Assembly (NCBI RefSeq): GCF_018350175.1
Contig: NC_058368.1
Coordinates: forward strand, 130,698,001-130,762,000
DNA length: 64,000 bases
Source: Felis catus
Lineage: Eukaryota
Direction of reading: 5' to 3'
The translations under genes were made by a program, and so were the position numbers. A model generated the notes under the pieces. That model made no database searches and had not been told where the DNA came from. It saw only the letters and a program-made list of their open reading frames with translations. Below, one piece after another: positions 53,001-64,000 of the stretch. Every line of letters begins with the position of its first letter. Position 1 is the stretch's first letter.

Positions 53001-54420
53001 GACTGAGTCTTCAGCAATTGGGCAAAAATCATTTAAGGTTGTCCTGCCTTAGTACCGGTCCCCATGTAGGTTTCTGCTCCTGTAAATTTTGATTCTTGTG
53101 CTCCCATCCATCTCTTAAATTTTGACAACTGAAGTTTGCCTGGTGACCTGACGTCTCTGACAGACCTAAGAAGCACTTCTGATTTTCAGTTTGTTCGTGA
53201 AAAACAAAACACAAACAACCCCCCATAACAGCTTTTTACCTGTTGTTACAAGTCAGTGACGACCTGCAAGTTCCTTATTAGCTGAGCTGCAAGCTGGAAG
53301 GAGCTCAATTTTTTTTTAACAAAAAACTCCTATTATTAATGTGCTAAGCATTTTAACAATGAATATTGTTTTGAATTATTTGAATTATTTTTTGAATTAT
53401 TTGAATAATTATTTGAATTATCTGTTTACATTTTGTTGAAATGATCATTTTTTCTCCTTCAATCTATTAATATGGTAACTTACGTTGAGTAATTTTAAAT
53501 GATTAAATCACTCCTATATTCGTAAGATAAATCCTGCTTGGTCATGATATACTTGGATTTCAAATACTAACAATTCATTAAGGAACCTTTTGTCTATATT
53601 CATGAGAAATTTTGGTCCTCATTTTTTTTTTTTGTAATAATGTCACGTTGTGGTGGACTCAAACAAGAAGGGCAGTAATCTCCTTATTTTTGCGTAAGAT
53701 TGGCGTTATTTCTTTTTTTTTTTCTTTTTTAGATTCATGTTATTTCTTATTTATATGTATTTTGGAAGAGGAATTGGTAACAAGTTCCATTTCTTTCATT
53801 GAACCAGGACTATTCAGATTGTAGCAGCTTCTTGTGTTAATTTTGCAAGTCGTATTCTTCAATAAAGTTTTTTCGTTTTATCTAAGGTGTCATGTTTGTT
53901 ATGAATTCTTAAGTGCAATCTATTATTACCCTTTCAATCTCTGTAGAATCTGTGGTGATAAATCCTTTTGTATGCCTGTTATTTGTAGCTTCCCTTTTCT
54001 TATTTTCATAATCAATCTAGCTACACAGTTATCAATTTCATTAATTTCTTGCCTTTGGTAAAAATTGCCTGGTAGCTTTTTGTTGCTGGTGATGATTTCT
54101 GCAACTACTTATTACTCCTACCGACTTTAGATGTACCTTGCTTTGTCTTTATAGCTTTTAAGATGGAGCCTTAGGTCACTGGTTTCCTCTCTTCTTTTCT
54201 AACGTAAGTTGTGTGTTTCCCACTAAGGACCACTTAGGTTGTATCTCTTATTATTTAATTTATGAATGAATTACTTAAATTTCAGTCATTATTGGTAACT
54301 TTAATTGCTACTTATTGCCAGTGATTTTTCGTTTAATTCCACTGTGTGCTCAGAAAATGTGTTCTGCATGATTTTTATCTATTTGTTTGTATGAATGAAT
54401 ACTTGCCTTTATAGCCTAAT
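50020..54420 (-). mobile_element. Ancient L1M fragments carrying SINEs at ~50460-50658, 50955-51157 and 51783-51965
   Basis: T-rich antisense L1 motifs (atggtctatcttggtgaacattcca; cttggtcatgatata); SINE ends ccaggtgcccc / ccaaggtgcccc. Confidence 0.8.
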
Positions 54421-54787
54421 GTCTACTTATCATCATGCTTTTAGTTTTGGTTTATCTAGTTGTTTCTAACTTTAAAGTTAATTTACATTCAATATTTTAT
54501 TAAGTCTGCCACCAACCCTAGGATATAGCTACAGAATATATTATTGCTACTTTATGAATAAAAAAACCTAAGACCCCATGCCATAAAGAAGGTCACATAA
54601 ACTTGCAGGAAAAATGCTGTCACACTGGCATCTCATCCAGATTTTAATTTTGCCTCCACTTGGTGTGATTTCTGAAATATCCTATCAAATTTTCGTTGTG
54701 TTAGTGCTAAATTAGCATATGGTAATTAGCAACATCTTTACATACAAAAAAATCCTTTTAGCTATCAAGGTATCTCAATCTTCTTAC

Positions 54788-54853
54788 CAATAAAAACTAT
54801 TTTACAAATCCAGGATCATCTGCTGTTGACACTCAACATGTCTTCAATTATAC
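54788..54853 (-). pseudogene. Candidate pseudo-exon (66 nt)
   Basis: tgcttcatgtAG ... TTG|GTAAGA; IIEDMLSVNSR*SWICKIVFI in phase 1/1. Confidence 0.45.
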
Positions 54854-55946
54854 CTACATGAAGCATTTAGTACTCCTGTACTCACATATATACACATTGA
54901 AATCCAAGTTGCTATTCTAAGCCCAGCTTTAGCGACAAGAAAGAAATCCATTATCAAAAAGAAGAAAGAGGAAAGAGGAGAGAAGAAAGAAGAAAGAAGA
55001 AGGAGAAGAAAATCCATTATCAGGAAGTGAAGAAGATGTTGTACAATATTATTTAATGGCCCGGAGAAACTGCTTCAGCAGTGACAAGTGGAAATAATTC
55101 TAGGATGGATAGGAGTCAAACAGTTGACATTCTAAGAGGGACAGAACTTGAATTTACCCTCTTTTATTACAACCTAGAAATAACCAAGTGCCTGGCACAC
55201 ATAGGGAAGTAAAATACTTGTTGAAGCAACACCTGTCACCAATTCCCCTGTCTGGTAGCTAGCTATACTGTAGAATAACTTACTGAAAGGAAATTCTCAC
55301 GTTCTTTTTGGGGGGAGAGGGACATGAGAAATACTTTATTAAACTACACATATGATCTCCACATTCCAGTCACGGTCTCACAAACATCATTTTCTCTTAA
55401 AAGGCAGAATATATTGCCCAGAGACCACCATTCCAAAGAGAATAATCTTGGCCAAAGAGGTGAACACTCATAGAATAGTAGTGATTATGGGGAAAATCGG
55501 AAGATGTTAATAACATACGGCAGCGGTAAGGAAATTACGGAGAGGTGGCTGGCCAGAACAACAGTTAATGAGCTTAGTTTTAAAAATATTAATTTCCCTG
55601 TTTTAGATACCTAAGCCTAAGAGAGATATCAATAAGGATGAGAGATTGGAGTTGTAGGTGGAATGAGGAATAATAGAGTTGCAACTGTAGATTTCATGAA
55701 TTGTTGCAAATGTGAGCAGATGAACTAGCATTAGGAACAGAGCATAGAGATATATAGATGTTGTCATCATTCGCGATGAACTTGGTTTTCTGTCATTTGC
55801 TGCCTTGATATCGTTAATGTTTCAGGTAAATAGTCAAATAATAATCTTTGGAAATTTCCATTTCAAATGGCAAAAATAAAGTAAAATGACAGTTTTCTGA
55901 AAGCAGGAATATGAAAATAAAACATGTAAATAAGTCTAAGTCTTAC

Positions 55947-56037
55947 TTTTTCTTACTCTTATACTTCTTCCCCTACGCATTCTATAATTGTTTCTGCAGC
56001 CTTAAGAGAATTGGTGGAAGAAGCAGTTTTCATAAAC
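55947..56037 (-). pseudogene. Candidate pseudo-exon (81 or 91 nt)
   Basis: gtttatctttcAG; two GTAAGA donors 10 nt apart; FMKTASSTNSLKAAETIIECVGEEV with phase-2 entry. Confidence 0.45.
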
Positions 56038-56176
56038 CTGAAAGATAAACGTCTTTTGTGACATCCAAATTGGACTCCGGTGCAATTCCCATGCCAAACA
56101 AATATGATCTACCTTTACTGGGGATTTGTTTATATGTGTGCCTAAGGCTATTCTATTTTTCATTTATAATTGTCAC

Positions 56177-56409
56177 ATTTTCCTGTGATCTATAAGCTTC
56201 CTATTTTCTAAAGTGTATACAACCCAAAAGCAAGAGAAATGCTGACTTAACTGAAGATCTGTGGCTAAAATGTATAATTTTAGGAGGTTCAAGTAAGTAG
56301 GGAAGGAAAAACTCCAGCAAAAAGGACTCATAGAGACAGTAGCTATTGTTAGATTCTCATTTGTGTCCGGCTGAAGAGCTGATTCACAATTGTCACTACA
56401 AATCAATGC
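56177..56409 (-). pseudogene. Candidate pseudo-exon (233 nt, phase 0/2, 77 open codons)
   Basis: tatcttcttttcAG immediately precedes ORF 56173..56406; donor AAT|GTGACA is weak, but the phase matches the next exon. Confidence 0.5.
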
Positions 56410-56955
56410 CTGAAAAGAAGATACTGTAGTACATTTAGCTGGTTATTTTACTATTCTGGGCTCGGTTAAATCTAAAACTCCACAACCTGATGAATCATTG
56501 AAAAATACACTTATGGACCAAAAGTAGATACATAAAAGCTTAATATTCCTACTTTGTGACATGAGAGGAATTTCAAATATCCAGGTAACAGTTACTGAAA
56601 AGTTAATCACATTCATTTCAAATCTACATTATTTAAAGTCTCTACAAGTTATTTTTCTCAGAAGTGATTAGGTGTAGCAATATTAAACTTTGTTCAAGTA
56701 TAAATTCCCTAATGAAAATTCTGTGTCAGAACTCAGCCAGGCTACATCAAAATGCAGAAGAGAGTAAAGCGATGATAGCATTATTGACAAGCTATTCTGT
56801 ATTTAAGTGACACTCACATTTTTGTGCTCCAAGAAAAATTTATTAATGAAGAATAAGATTACCAAGAATACTTTTGTAGAGACTCATTACTTTTGCCTCA
56901 AATTCCATTATACTAACAACATAAATAATTCATATACTTAAGAAAAATAATGCAT

Positions 56956-57190
56956 GGGGTGCCTGGGTGGCTCAGTCGGTTAAGTGTCCGACTTCGGCTC
57001 ATGATCTTGTGGTCCGTGAGTTCGAGCGCTGCGTCAGGCTCTGTGCTGACAGCTCAGAGCCTGGAGCCTGTTTCAGATTCTGTGTCTCCCTCTCTCTCTG
57101 ACCCTCCCCTGCTCATGCTCTGTCTCTCTCTCCCTCAAAAATAAACAAACATTAAATAAATAAACAAACAAATGTAAAAAATCAAAAAAA
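56956..57190 (+). mobile_element. Felid SINE
   Basis: ggggtgcctgggtggctcagtcggttaag head with A-rich tail. Confidence 0.95.
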
Positions 57191-58226
57191 GAAAAATACA
57201 TATAGTTAAGAAAACTATAACTGTAATTGACTATTTCCTGTTTCCACATCCCAATATCATCAGCCTCCTCATGACAGTCACTATAAATACTGACAAATGA
57301 ATGCAAACAAATATACTCTGGCACTATCCTTACAGTCACAGAAAAAGTAGAGAAAATCTGTCTTCTTGGTAGTTTCAAGGGAGTTTGGATTCTCAGCCTA
57401 AACAGATTTAGGTCTGCATATCCACAAAGGTAAGTAGGATAAATCGGAGCAATTATTATAAAAATAATGAAACAATGAAGGCATGAATTTATAATTTTGT
57501 AAATCGACATTTGCCATGGCTATCATTTTTATATATGCCCATATAGTAAGTGGTCATTGTAAAAGTTTTGGAAAATGTAAAAATGTAAAGAAGACTATTC
57601 TACAATCACATGTGATTCCCCTATTTAGAGATAACGTGTAACATTTCAAGATTTCCTTTCAGACATTTTGTAAGTGGTACTATATTACATATATGAGCTA
57701 TTTTCTTTTTTGGCATGCCAGGAGTATGTGTTCATTTTCTTGTTAGTACAACTTGTCATTAATCTGTTTTATGAGAACAGTCACATAAAGCAAAAAAAAA
57801 AAAAAGCCATTTCCGCACAATTTCCAGATTTTTATTAGTCTTATTCTGTAAGTGAAAGGTCTTGCTTTCCTTGGTATAAAGTGGTTAAAGATCAGAAGTA
57901 AAGAGTGTGGAAGTCAGTCAACTGTGTTCATCTTCAGATGAACTGCTGAAACACAAAATTGTTAAGCTCAGAATGTTGTGAAATGGAATCGGAGTACATT
58001 TCCAGGTTTTATTAATTTCAATCAATTCTATAATCTTTCATTAAATATTTAATCAATCTGATACAAATCCAAGGGATGAATAAACAGGAATTAGTTTTAC
58101 TTTGGTAAAATAATAAATTCATAGGGAAACACAGTACCTCAGGATCTAAATGGACAAATGATTGGAACAGAGTTTAAGAGTATACCCATCAATACATAAA
58201 TACAATGAATGTTCACTTGTACTTAC

Positions 58227-58354
58227 CAAAGATATGAAAGTTACAGTAACTAAATGTAATTTTACCTATAATAAATTTTTTAAAGTTTTTAGAAGAATAA
58301 TGCCCAATAGTGGAGAACAATGTGGCAAATTTATATATACTTTTTTTCTGGGCC
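58227..58354 (-). pseudogene. Candidate pseudo-exon (128 nt, phase 2/1, open)
   Basis: gatttctttcAG ... TTG|GTAAGT; AQKKSIYKFATLFSTIGHYSSKNFKKFIIGKITFSYCNFHIF. Confidence 0.5.
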
Positions 58355-58606
58355 CTGAAAGAAATCAGACTTTCAGGCCAAGTTTTAAATGCAACCTATC
58401 AGCAGAAGAAGATCTAAACGTATAGAAGGTGCCAGGTATAAATACATCCCAAGGACTGAGAATAGGTTATCAATGAGATAATATTTAAAATTAATTTTTA
58501 AAATGGTAGAATGCTGTATGTAATCAAACTGAGATACTTCCCAAAGAAATCATGACAAAGAAATGAGAAATGTACAAGACAGAGAATTAGTCAACCATCT
58601 GCGTAC

Positions 58607-58671
58607 CAGGATGTTGAAACACATGAAAACATTCTTCTTCCCCCAAATGTATCTTTCTGCTTAAGTTTCCA
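58607..58671 (-). pseudogene. Candidate pseudo-exon (65 nt)
   Basis: gggttttcAG ... CTG|GTACGC; two open frames. Confidence 0.4.
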
Positions 58672-59036
58672 CTGAAAACCCAATTCAACCTGGTATTTTG
58701 GACTGAGCCTGACCTTAAGATGGAGATATTTAAGCATAATAGCTGAGCTAAAATTTTAAGTCATTTTGTTTCTCATTTGTAATTACTAGGCTTCACTTTA
58801 TGTGCTAGTTAGAAAATATGAATTCTCTTGGTTTCTCTGTGCCTTGTCTATTTGCCTCTTATCTGAATTTTTTCAACACTATGGCCTCCTGCTCACTTCC
58901 TACATTAATGCTTCTGAATCCCAATCTGGAATTTAGAGTCCTACCATTTGCTCTAATTCTCCTGCTATTAGATACTTTGTTTCTGTATTCTAAAAACAGT
59001 TTGGAACCCTGATTTCCACTGTTTAGACTAAAATAC

Positions 59037-59310
59037 CTACGCAGGTAGATATTGAGACAACGTGACCCCAGGTATTATTGACACTTTGAGCCTGAATCAC
59101 CCTGCACAATTAATTACAGTCCTATCTTAAAGTATAATCATTGGCACTTGAAAAATGCATGAATTCGTAAGTACCACAATCTGACTTCTTTGCTCTAATG
59201 CTTTTTAATGTAACTCTGACCATGTGATCCCCTGCAAACCCGCTTATAAACTGAGTTCAGTTAACAAGAGCAAAATTCAAGCTGTTTGTTCTGTAACTTT
59301 TATTTTATAA
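59037..59310 (-). pseudogene. Candidate pseudo-exon (270 or 274 nt)
   Basis: ctctcttattttcAG; YKIKVTEQTA*ILLLLTELSL*AGLQGITWSELH*KALEQRSQ...; two overlapping donors at 59041/59037. Confidence 0.4.
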
Positions 59311-59581
59311 CTGAAAATAAGAGAGTAACTTCACGTAACTCTTACTCATCTATATTCTATAGTTGTAATTTGTGCTTTATTGGAAATGGCTTTACCATCT
59401 CCTGACAACTCAATGGAGATACTCTACTCAGGAGACAGACTAATCATCCTTCGCAAATAGTTGAGAATAGATGCGCCTTGGCTTCACGCTGGCACACATT
59501 CACATGATTTGGAAGGGACTCACTTAACTCAATTATCACTCAGAATATGTACAAGGAAAAAATCATATCGTTAGAAAGTAC

Positions 59582-59799
59582 TTTTTTTTGCATTTATTTT
59601 ATTCATTTTGAGAGAGAGTGAGGGAGCAAGCATGTGAGCAAGGGAGGGGCAGAGAGAGAGGGAGAGAGAGAATCCCAAGCAAGTTCTGCGCTGTCAGCAC
59701 ATAGCTCAAGGCAGAGCTCAATCCCAGGGACCGTGAGATCATGACCCGAGTTGAAACCAAGAATTGGCCACTTAACTGAGTGAGCCACCCAGGTGCCCC
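59582..59799 (-). mobile_element. Carnivore SINE
   Basis: Flanked by aaagtactttt. Confidence 0.92.
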
Positions 59800-60825
59800 T
59801 GATAAAAAGTACTTTTAAAGCCTAGCTTACAGTGTCTGGTAGGTCACACTACAATAATAGAAAATAAAAACACCAACCAAATGTTGACGGTGAGTCAGCT
59901 TTGCAAAAATGACACCCACCATATTGAGACATACAAAGAAAAGATAGTTTTAAAAGCAGTGTCTAATTCTGAGCTCATAAACCTGTACCTGCTTGTGGGA
60001 ATGGGGTAAGGAAGAAAAAATATAAATCTTAGTATCAGTTAGTAAACTCAGTCCAACAGTCACCTATACAGTCCTTTAGGTTAATTGTTCTGTTCTTTTA
60101 AGTAAGATGTGCATTTTCACAAATTGTTTGCAAACCCCCTCAGATCGTCTCTAAGAAGACATATGAATTGTTTTGGGGATAGTATGTGATTGAACGATTT
60201 TGGTGGAAGAAAAGAGATTGAATCCCCATTATGACCTTTTCCTCTTCTGTGTTGCCTTTGATTTCTGTGTGAGTACTACGACTGTCAGCTCATCTGGAAA
60301 ATCTCCATCTTCCTATATCTCTCTCTCCCTGCCCTCTTTCCTTTCTCCCCCTATTTCTTTCTTCCTCTCTAACCAAAATTAGCTTTTAAGACAACTGCCT
60401 TGGTATAAAATCATGTTTAATGCACTCAAGTCTCAACACCATGTTCTCAGATGAAAGAGATATTTGCAACTGCTGTCCTTAGATGACTGGAAGTGAATGG
60501 GACAAAGTTTAGAAAATGGACAGCCTGATGTTCACCTAGAACCTCTTGATATTACACTTCAATTTTTCCTTTAGAATGGATTCTACAACAGCATTGGAGA
60601 CCAACCTGTGACATAAAATTAGTTCATCGTAACTATTCTCTGAAAGAAGTTCAACACCAAAAGTACAGCTAAGAAGCAATGTTTTTATTGAAGGTTTTAT
60701 CTAAACAAATAGCCCACATACATTAAAATTGCCTCAGATTCTCAACCTATGGAAAACATGATATTTTAAAGCATGGAGATAAATTTGATAATGAACACAC
60801 TAATCAATTTCATCCAGCTACTTGC

Positions 60826-60992
60826 GGGGAGAGGGGAAAATGGGTGATGGGCATTGAGGAAGGCGCTTGTTGGGATGAGCACTGGGTATTGTATGAAAGC
60901 AATGAGTCATGGGAATCTACTCCCGAAGTCAAGAGCACACTGTATACACGGTATGTTAGCTACCTTGACAATAAATTATATTTTAAAAAATA
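60826..60992 (+). mobile_element. Short felid/carnivore L1 3' end
   Basis: tgggtgatgggcattgaggaaggc...gagcactgggt...ttgacaataaatt. Confidence 0.85.
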
Positions 60993-62069
60993 AACAAAAT
61001 AATTTTCTAATTTTACATGATTTATCTCCTCTGATACAGAGGTGCCCAGAAATTGAAGAAATTAATATTTTTCTTATCTGGCCATTTTTTGGTTTTAATT
61101 AAAATGTGATAACAAAGCTTTAATCAGAAATTGCACTAAACCTACCTGTGTTTTGTCTGCCTCAAGCAAAAATGTATAAATCATTCTTTAGGACACTCAA
61201 ATGCCAAAGTCACTTTTTTATTCTCGAGAAAAAAATAAATAATCATGGAACTGGTCAATAAATAAGACCTGTACTTCCTGGATAAAAGAAGAGTTCAACA
61301 TAGTATTTACTTTGAGCAAGTTCTTCATAAAAGAATATATTTATTTTAAAATTTTCTCTAAGAGAAAATAAGAAATGGTACTGGAGATCTGATTCAAACT
61401 GGCAAAAAGGGTGGTGATGCACCCTGTCATGAAACATGGAAACCAAGCCATCCTTTACAGAATCTTTATAATGAATGAGTGACCCCAAGCGACAGTTTCA
61501 GAGACAGTGTCTCCATAGATCAATACAAAATACAATCAGTAAGTATTAAAGAAAATTGTATCTGCCAGGGAAATAAGTCAAAGAAAAAAGTGAATCAAAG
61601 ACTATTGTTGCTAGGCAGCAGGTGAGACTGAGGTCAGAAAATTTTGACTTCAACTTTCCATCTGAGCTTCACCAGAAAGGGGATATTTGCTCTCCTCCAA
61701 GGACCCAATTTTCAGGTACAACTCCATCAATTGCAGAGCATTCTTCAGGAGAGGGTGCTGCGATCTGTCTCTCATTGTGGTCTCTCTTTGTCTGACAGAC
61801 ACCCAGGGAAGCAGAACACAATGTATGCATTGGCAGTGCTTACCATTTTGTTGATGGATTCTTGCTCCTACTTTGCGATTTCTCTGCTTTTCTTGGACTA
61901 CTCATCATCACTTAGGAAGCCATTTCTTTCTTATCTACCTCCACACCTCAAGTTGCTTACTTTCAATCAATTCTGTAAGGGAGATGTTATCTGTAATGCT
62001 TACTGTGTTGACTTTGTTCTCAACTAAACCTATATTCAATCAACTTTACCAATTGAAAGAGGCAAGGGA

Positions 62070-62751
62070 AAAAATAAAAAATGAACTAAAGAGACCTCAT
62101 CAAGATAAAAAGCTTCTGCACAGTGAAGGAAACAATCAGCAAAACTAAAAGGCAAACTACAAAATGGGAGAAGATATTTGCAAATGACATACCCGAAAAA
62201 GGATTAATATCAAAAATTTATAAAGAACTCCTCAAACTCAACACCCAAAAAACAAATAATCCAGTGAAAAAATGGGGAAAAGACATGAATAAACACTTTC
62301 CCAAAGAAGACATCAAATGGCTAACCGATACATGAAAAAAATGCTCAACATCACTCACCATCAGGGAAATACAAATCAAAACCACAATAAAGTACCACCT
62401 CACACTGTAAGAGTGACTAACATTAACAACTCAGGCAACAACAGATATTGGCAAGGACGCTGAGAAAGAGGAACCCTTATGCATTGCTGGTGGGATTGCA
62501 AACTGGTACAGCCACTCTGGAAAACAGTATGGAGGTTCCTCAAAAAATTAAAAATAGAACTACCCTTTGACCCAGCAACTGCACTACTAGGTATTTATCC
62601 AAGGGATACAGGAGAATTGATTCAAAGGGGCACATGCATCCCAATTTTTATAGCAGCACTATTGACAATAGCCAAAGTATGCAAAAAGTTCTAATGTCCA
62701 TCAACTGATGAAGGGATAAAAAAAAAAAGTGTATGTACACACACACACACA

Positions 62752-62793
<42 letters not shown>

Positions 62794-63030
62794 GAACTAT
62801 TACTCAGTGATCAAAAAGAATGAAAAAATGCCATTTGCAACAATGTGCATAGAACTAGAGTGTATTATGCTAAGCGAAATTAGGCAGAGAAAGACAAATA
62901 TCAATGATTTCACTTGTATATGGAATTTAAGAAACAAAACAGATGAATATAAGGGAAGGGAAGCAAAAATGATATAAACACAGAGAGGTTGACAAACCAT
63001 AAGACAGTCTTAAATACAGAGAACAGAAAC
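62070..63030 (+). mobile_element. Carnivore L1 ORF2 C-terminus and 3' UTR with (CA)n at ~62737-62790
   Basis: ORF fragments [31 protein letters not shown] and ELPFDPA are canonical L1 ORF2p C-terminal motifs. Confidence 0.95.
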
Positions 63031-63692
63031 ACAGAAAAGTGTTTCATGAAATAGTTTAATGATATTCTATAGCTGTTAAAAACACGAGCCTTCATACTGA
63101 AATTCCCCAGTAAATTACAAATAAGATGACCAAAGAAAGACCTATCCTAAACATATTAACATAATATTTTACAATCCCATGGATTAAAAAGATCCAGTAA
63201 CTTCCAAAAAAAAAAACACCAAAAACACAACACAATCGAAAAGAATGAGAATCAGACAAACATCATATTTATCATCGCCAAAACTGAACGTTAGAAGGCA
63301 AGTGAAAACATCTTCATAGTACCTGGAGAAAATTAATTTCAATCTGGATTTTTTGCCAAGCAAAATTACTATTCATATGTGAAGACAAATATGTTTCAGG
63401 CATGGAAAATACTAAGAAACTTTCTCTGTCAGTATTCCTCAGGCAATGTCTTGAGAATTAACACTAATGAGGAAAACACAAAAGATACAGGATAAGCTAA
63501 AAGCTTATCCTGTTCTTACTAACAGGAGGAAATTTGACTTGATTATAGCTTCACAATCATCAAGCTTTAATGCAAACTCAAAGTAAACTGGGAAAAAAAT
63601 CACCATCACCATTAAACAAGAGAGGCTGCTCAGAAAAGCAAACCAAATTTTCACTAACTATTGTGAATAGGTAATACCAAAAACCTAGTTAA

Positions 63693-64000
63693 TTTTTTAA
63701 ATATAATTTATTGTCAGCTTGGTTTCATACAACACCCAGTGCTCATCGCAACAAGTGTCCTCCTCCATGCCTATCACCCACTTTCCCCTCTCTCCCCCCC
63801 CCCCCATCAACTCTCAGTTTGTTCTCAGTCCTTAAGAGTCTCTTATGGTTTGCTTCCTTCCCTCTCTGTAACTTTTCTTTCCCCACTTCCCTTCCCCCAT
63901 GGTCTTCTGTTAAGTTTCTCAAGATCCACATAAGAGTGAAAACATATGGTATCTGTCTTTCTCCGCTTGACTTATTTCACTTAGCATAATACCCTCAAGG
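63693..64000 (-). mobile_element. Felid-type L1 3' end (continues beyond window)
   Basis: Reverse-complement similarity to the L1 3' end at 5393-5706. Confidence 0.9.

Larger units (their letters stand above)
4735..59310 (-). pseudogene. Large multi-exon non-processed pseudogene of an unidentified protein (may extend further 5')
   Basis: About 25 minus-strand segments in inter-repeat DNA with AG/GT boundaries. Consecutive exon phases match through 27657-27506, 26013-25854, 24825-24561, 21818-21739, 18680-18492, 18068-17968, 15423-15116 and 12984-12876. Several are fully open; others carry stops or single explainable frameshifts. Confidence 0.75.

Noticed and set aside
61255..61488. 77-aa minus-strand ORF as a further upstream exon
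   Set aside because: No clear acceptor or donor found; left out of the model, though not excluded.
62123..62694. L1 ORF2-like ORFs as an active element
   Set aside because: Only about 1 kb, 5'-truncated, with frameshifts and stops.
1..64000. CRISPR arrays, prokaryotic operons, tRNA genes
   Set aside because: This is mammalian DNA with no repeat-spacer arrays; the tRNA-like A/B boxes belong to SINE heads.

Overview
AT-rich mammalian nuclear DNA, almost certainly from a felid, given the many carnivore tRNA-derived SINEs (several near the young cat SINEC_Fc type) and felid-type L1 3' ends. It is packed with SINEs, L1, L2, MIR, MaLR/ERVL LTRs and hAT-type DNA transposon relics. I found no intact protein-coding gene, RNA gene or CRISPR array, and most ORF-track entries are repeat-derived. 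The main hidden signal is on the minus strand between about 59.3 kb and 4.7 kb. There, about 25 non-repeat segments are bounded by polypyrimidine-AG acceptors and GT donors, and their lengths and phases chain into one long spliced reading frame. That frame is broken by many stop codons, a 7-bp tandem duplication, a 1-bp deletion and probably a SINE insertion. This looks like a large intron-containing (non-processed, possibly unitary) pseudogene whose protein I cannot name; weak RGS22/RGSL1-like motifs are a speculative lead only. The core chain (27.7 to 12.9 kb) and the terminal exon near 5 kb are well supported. The upstream exons have ambiguous frames. Repeat boundaries and subfamily names are by eye and approximate.
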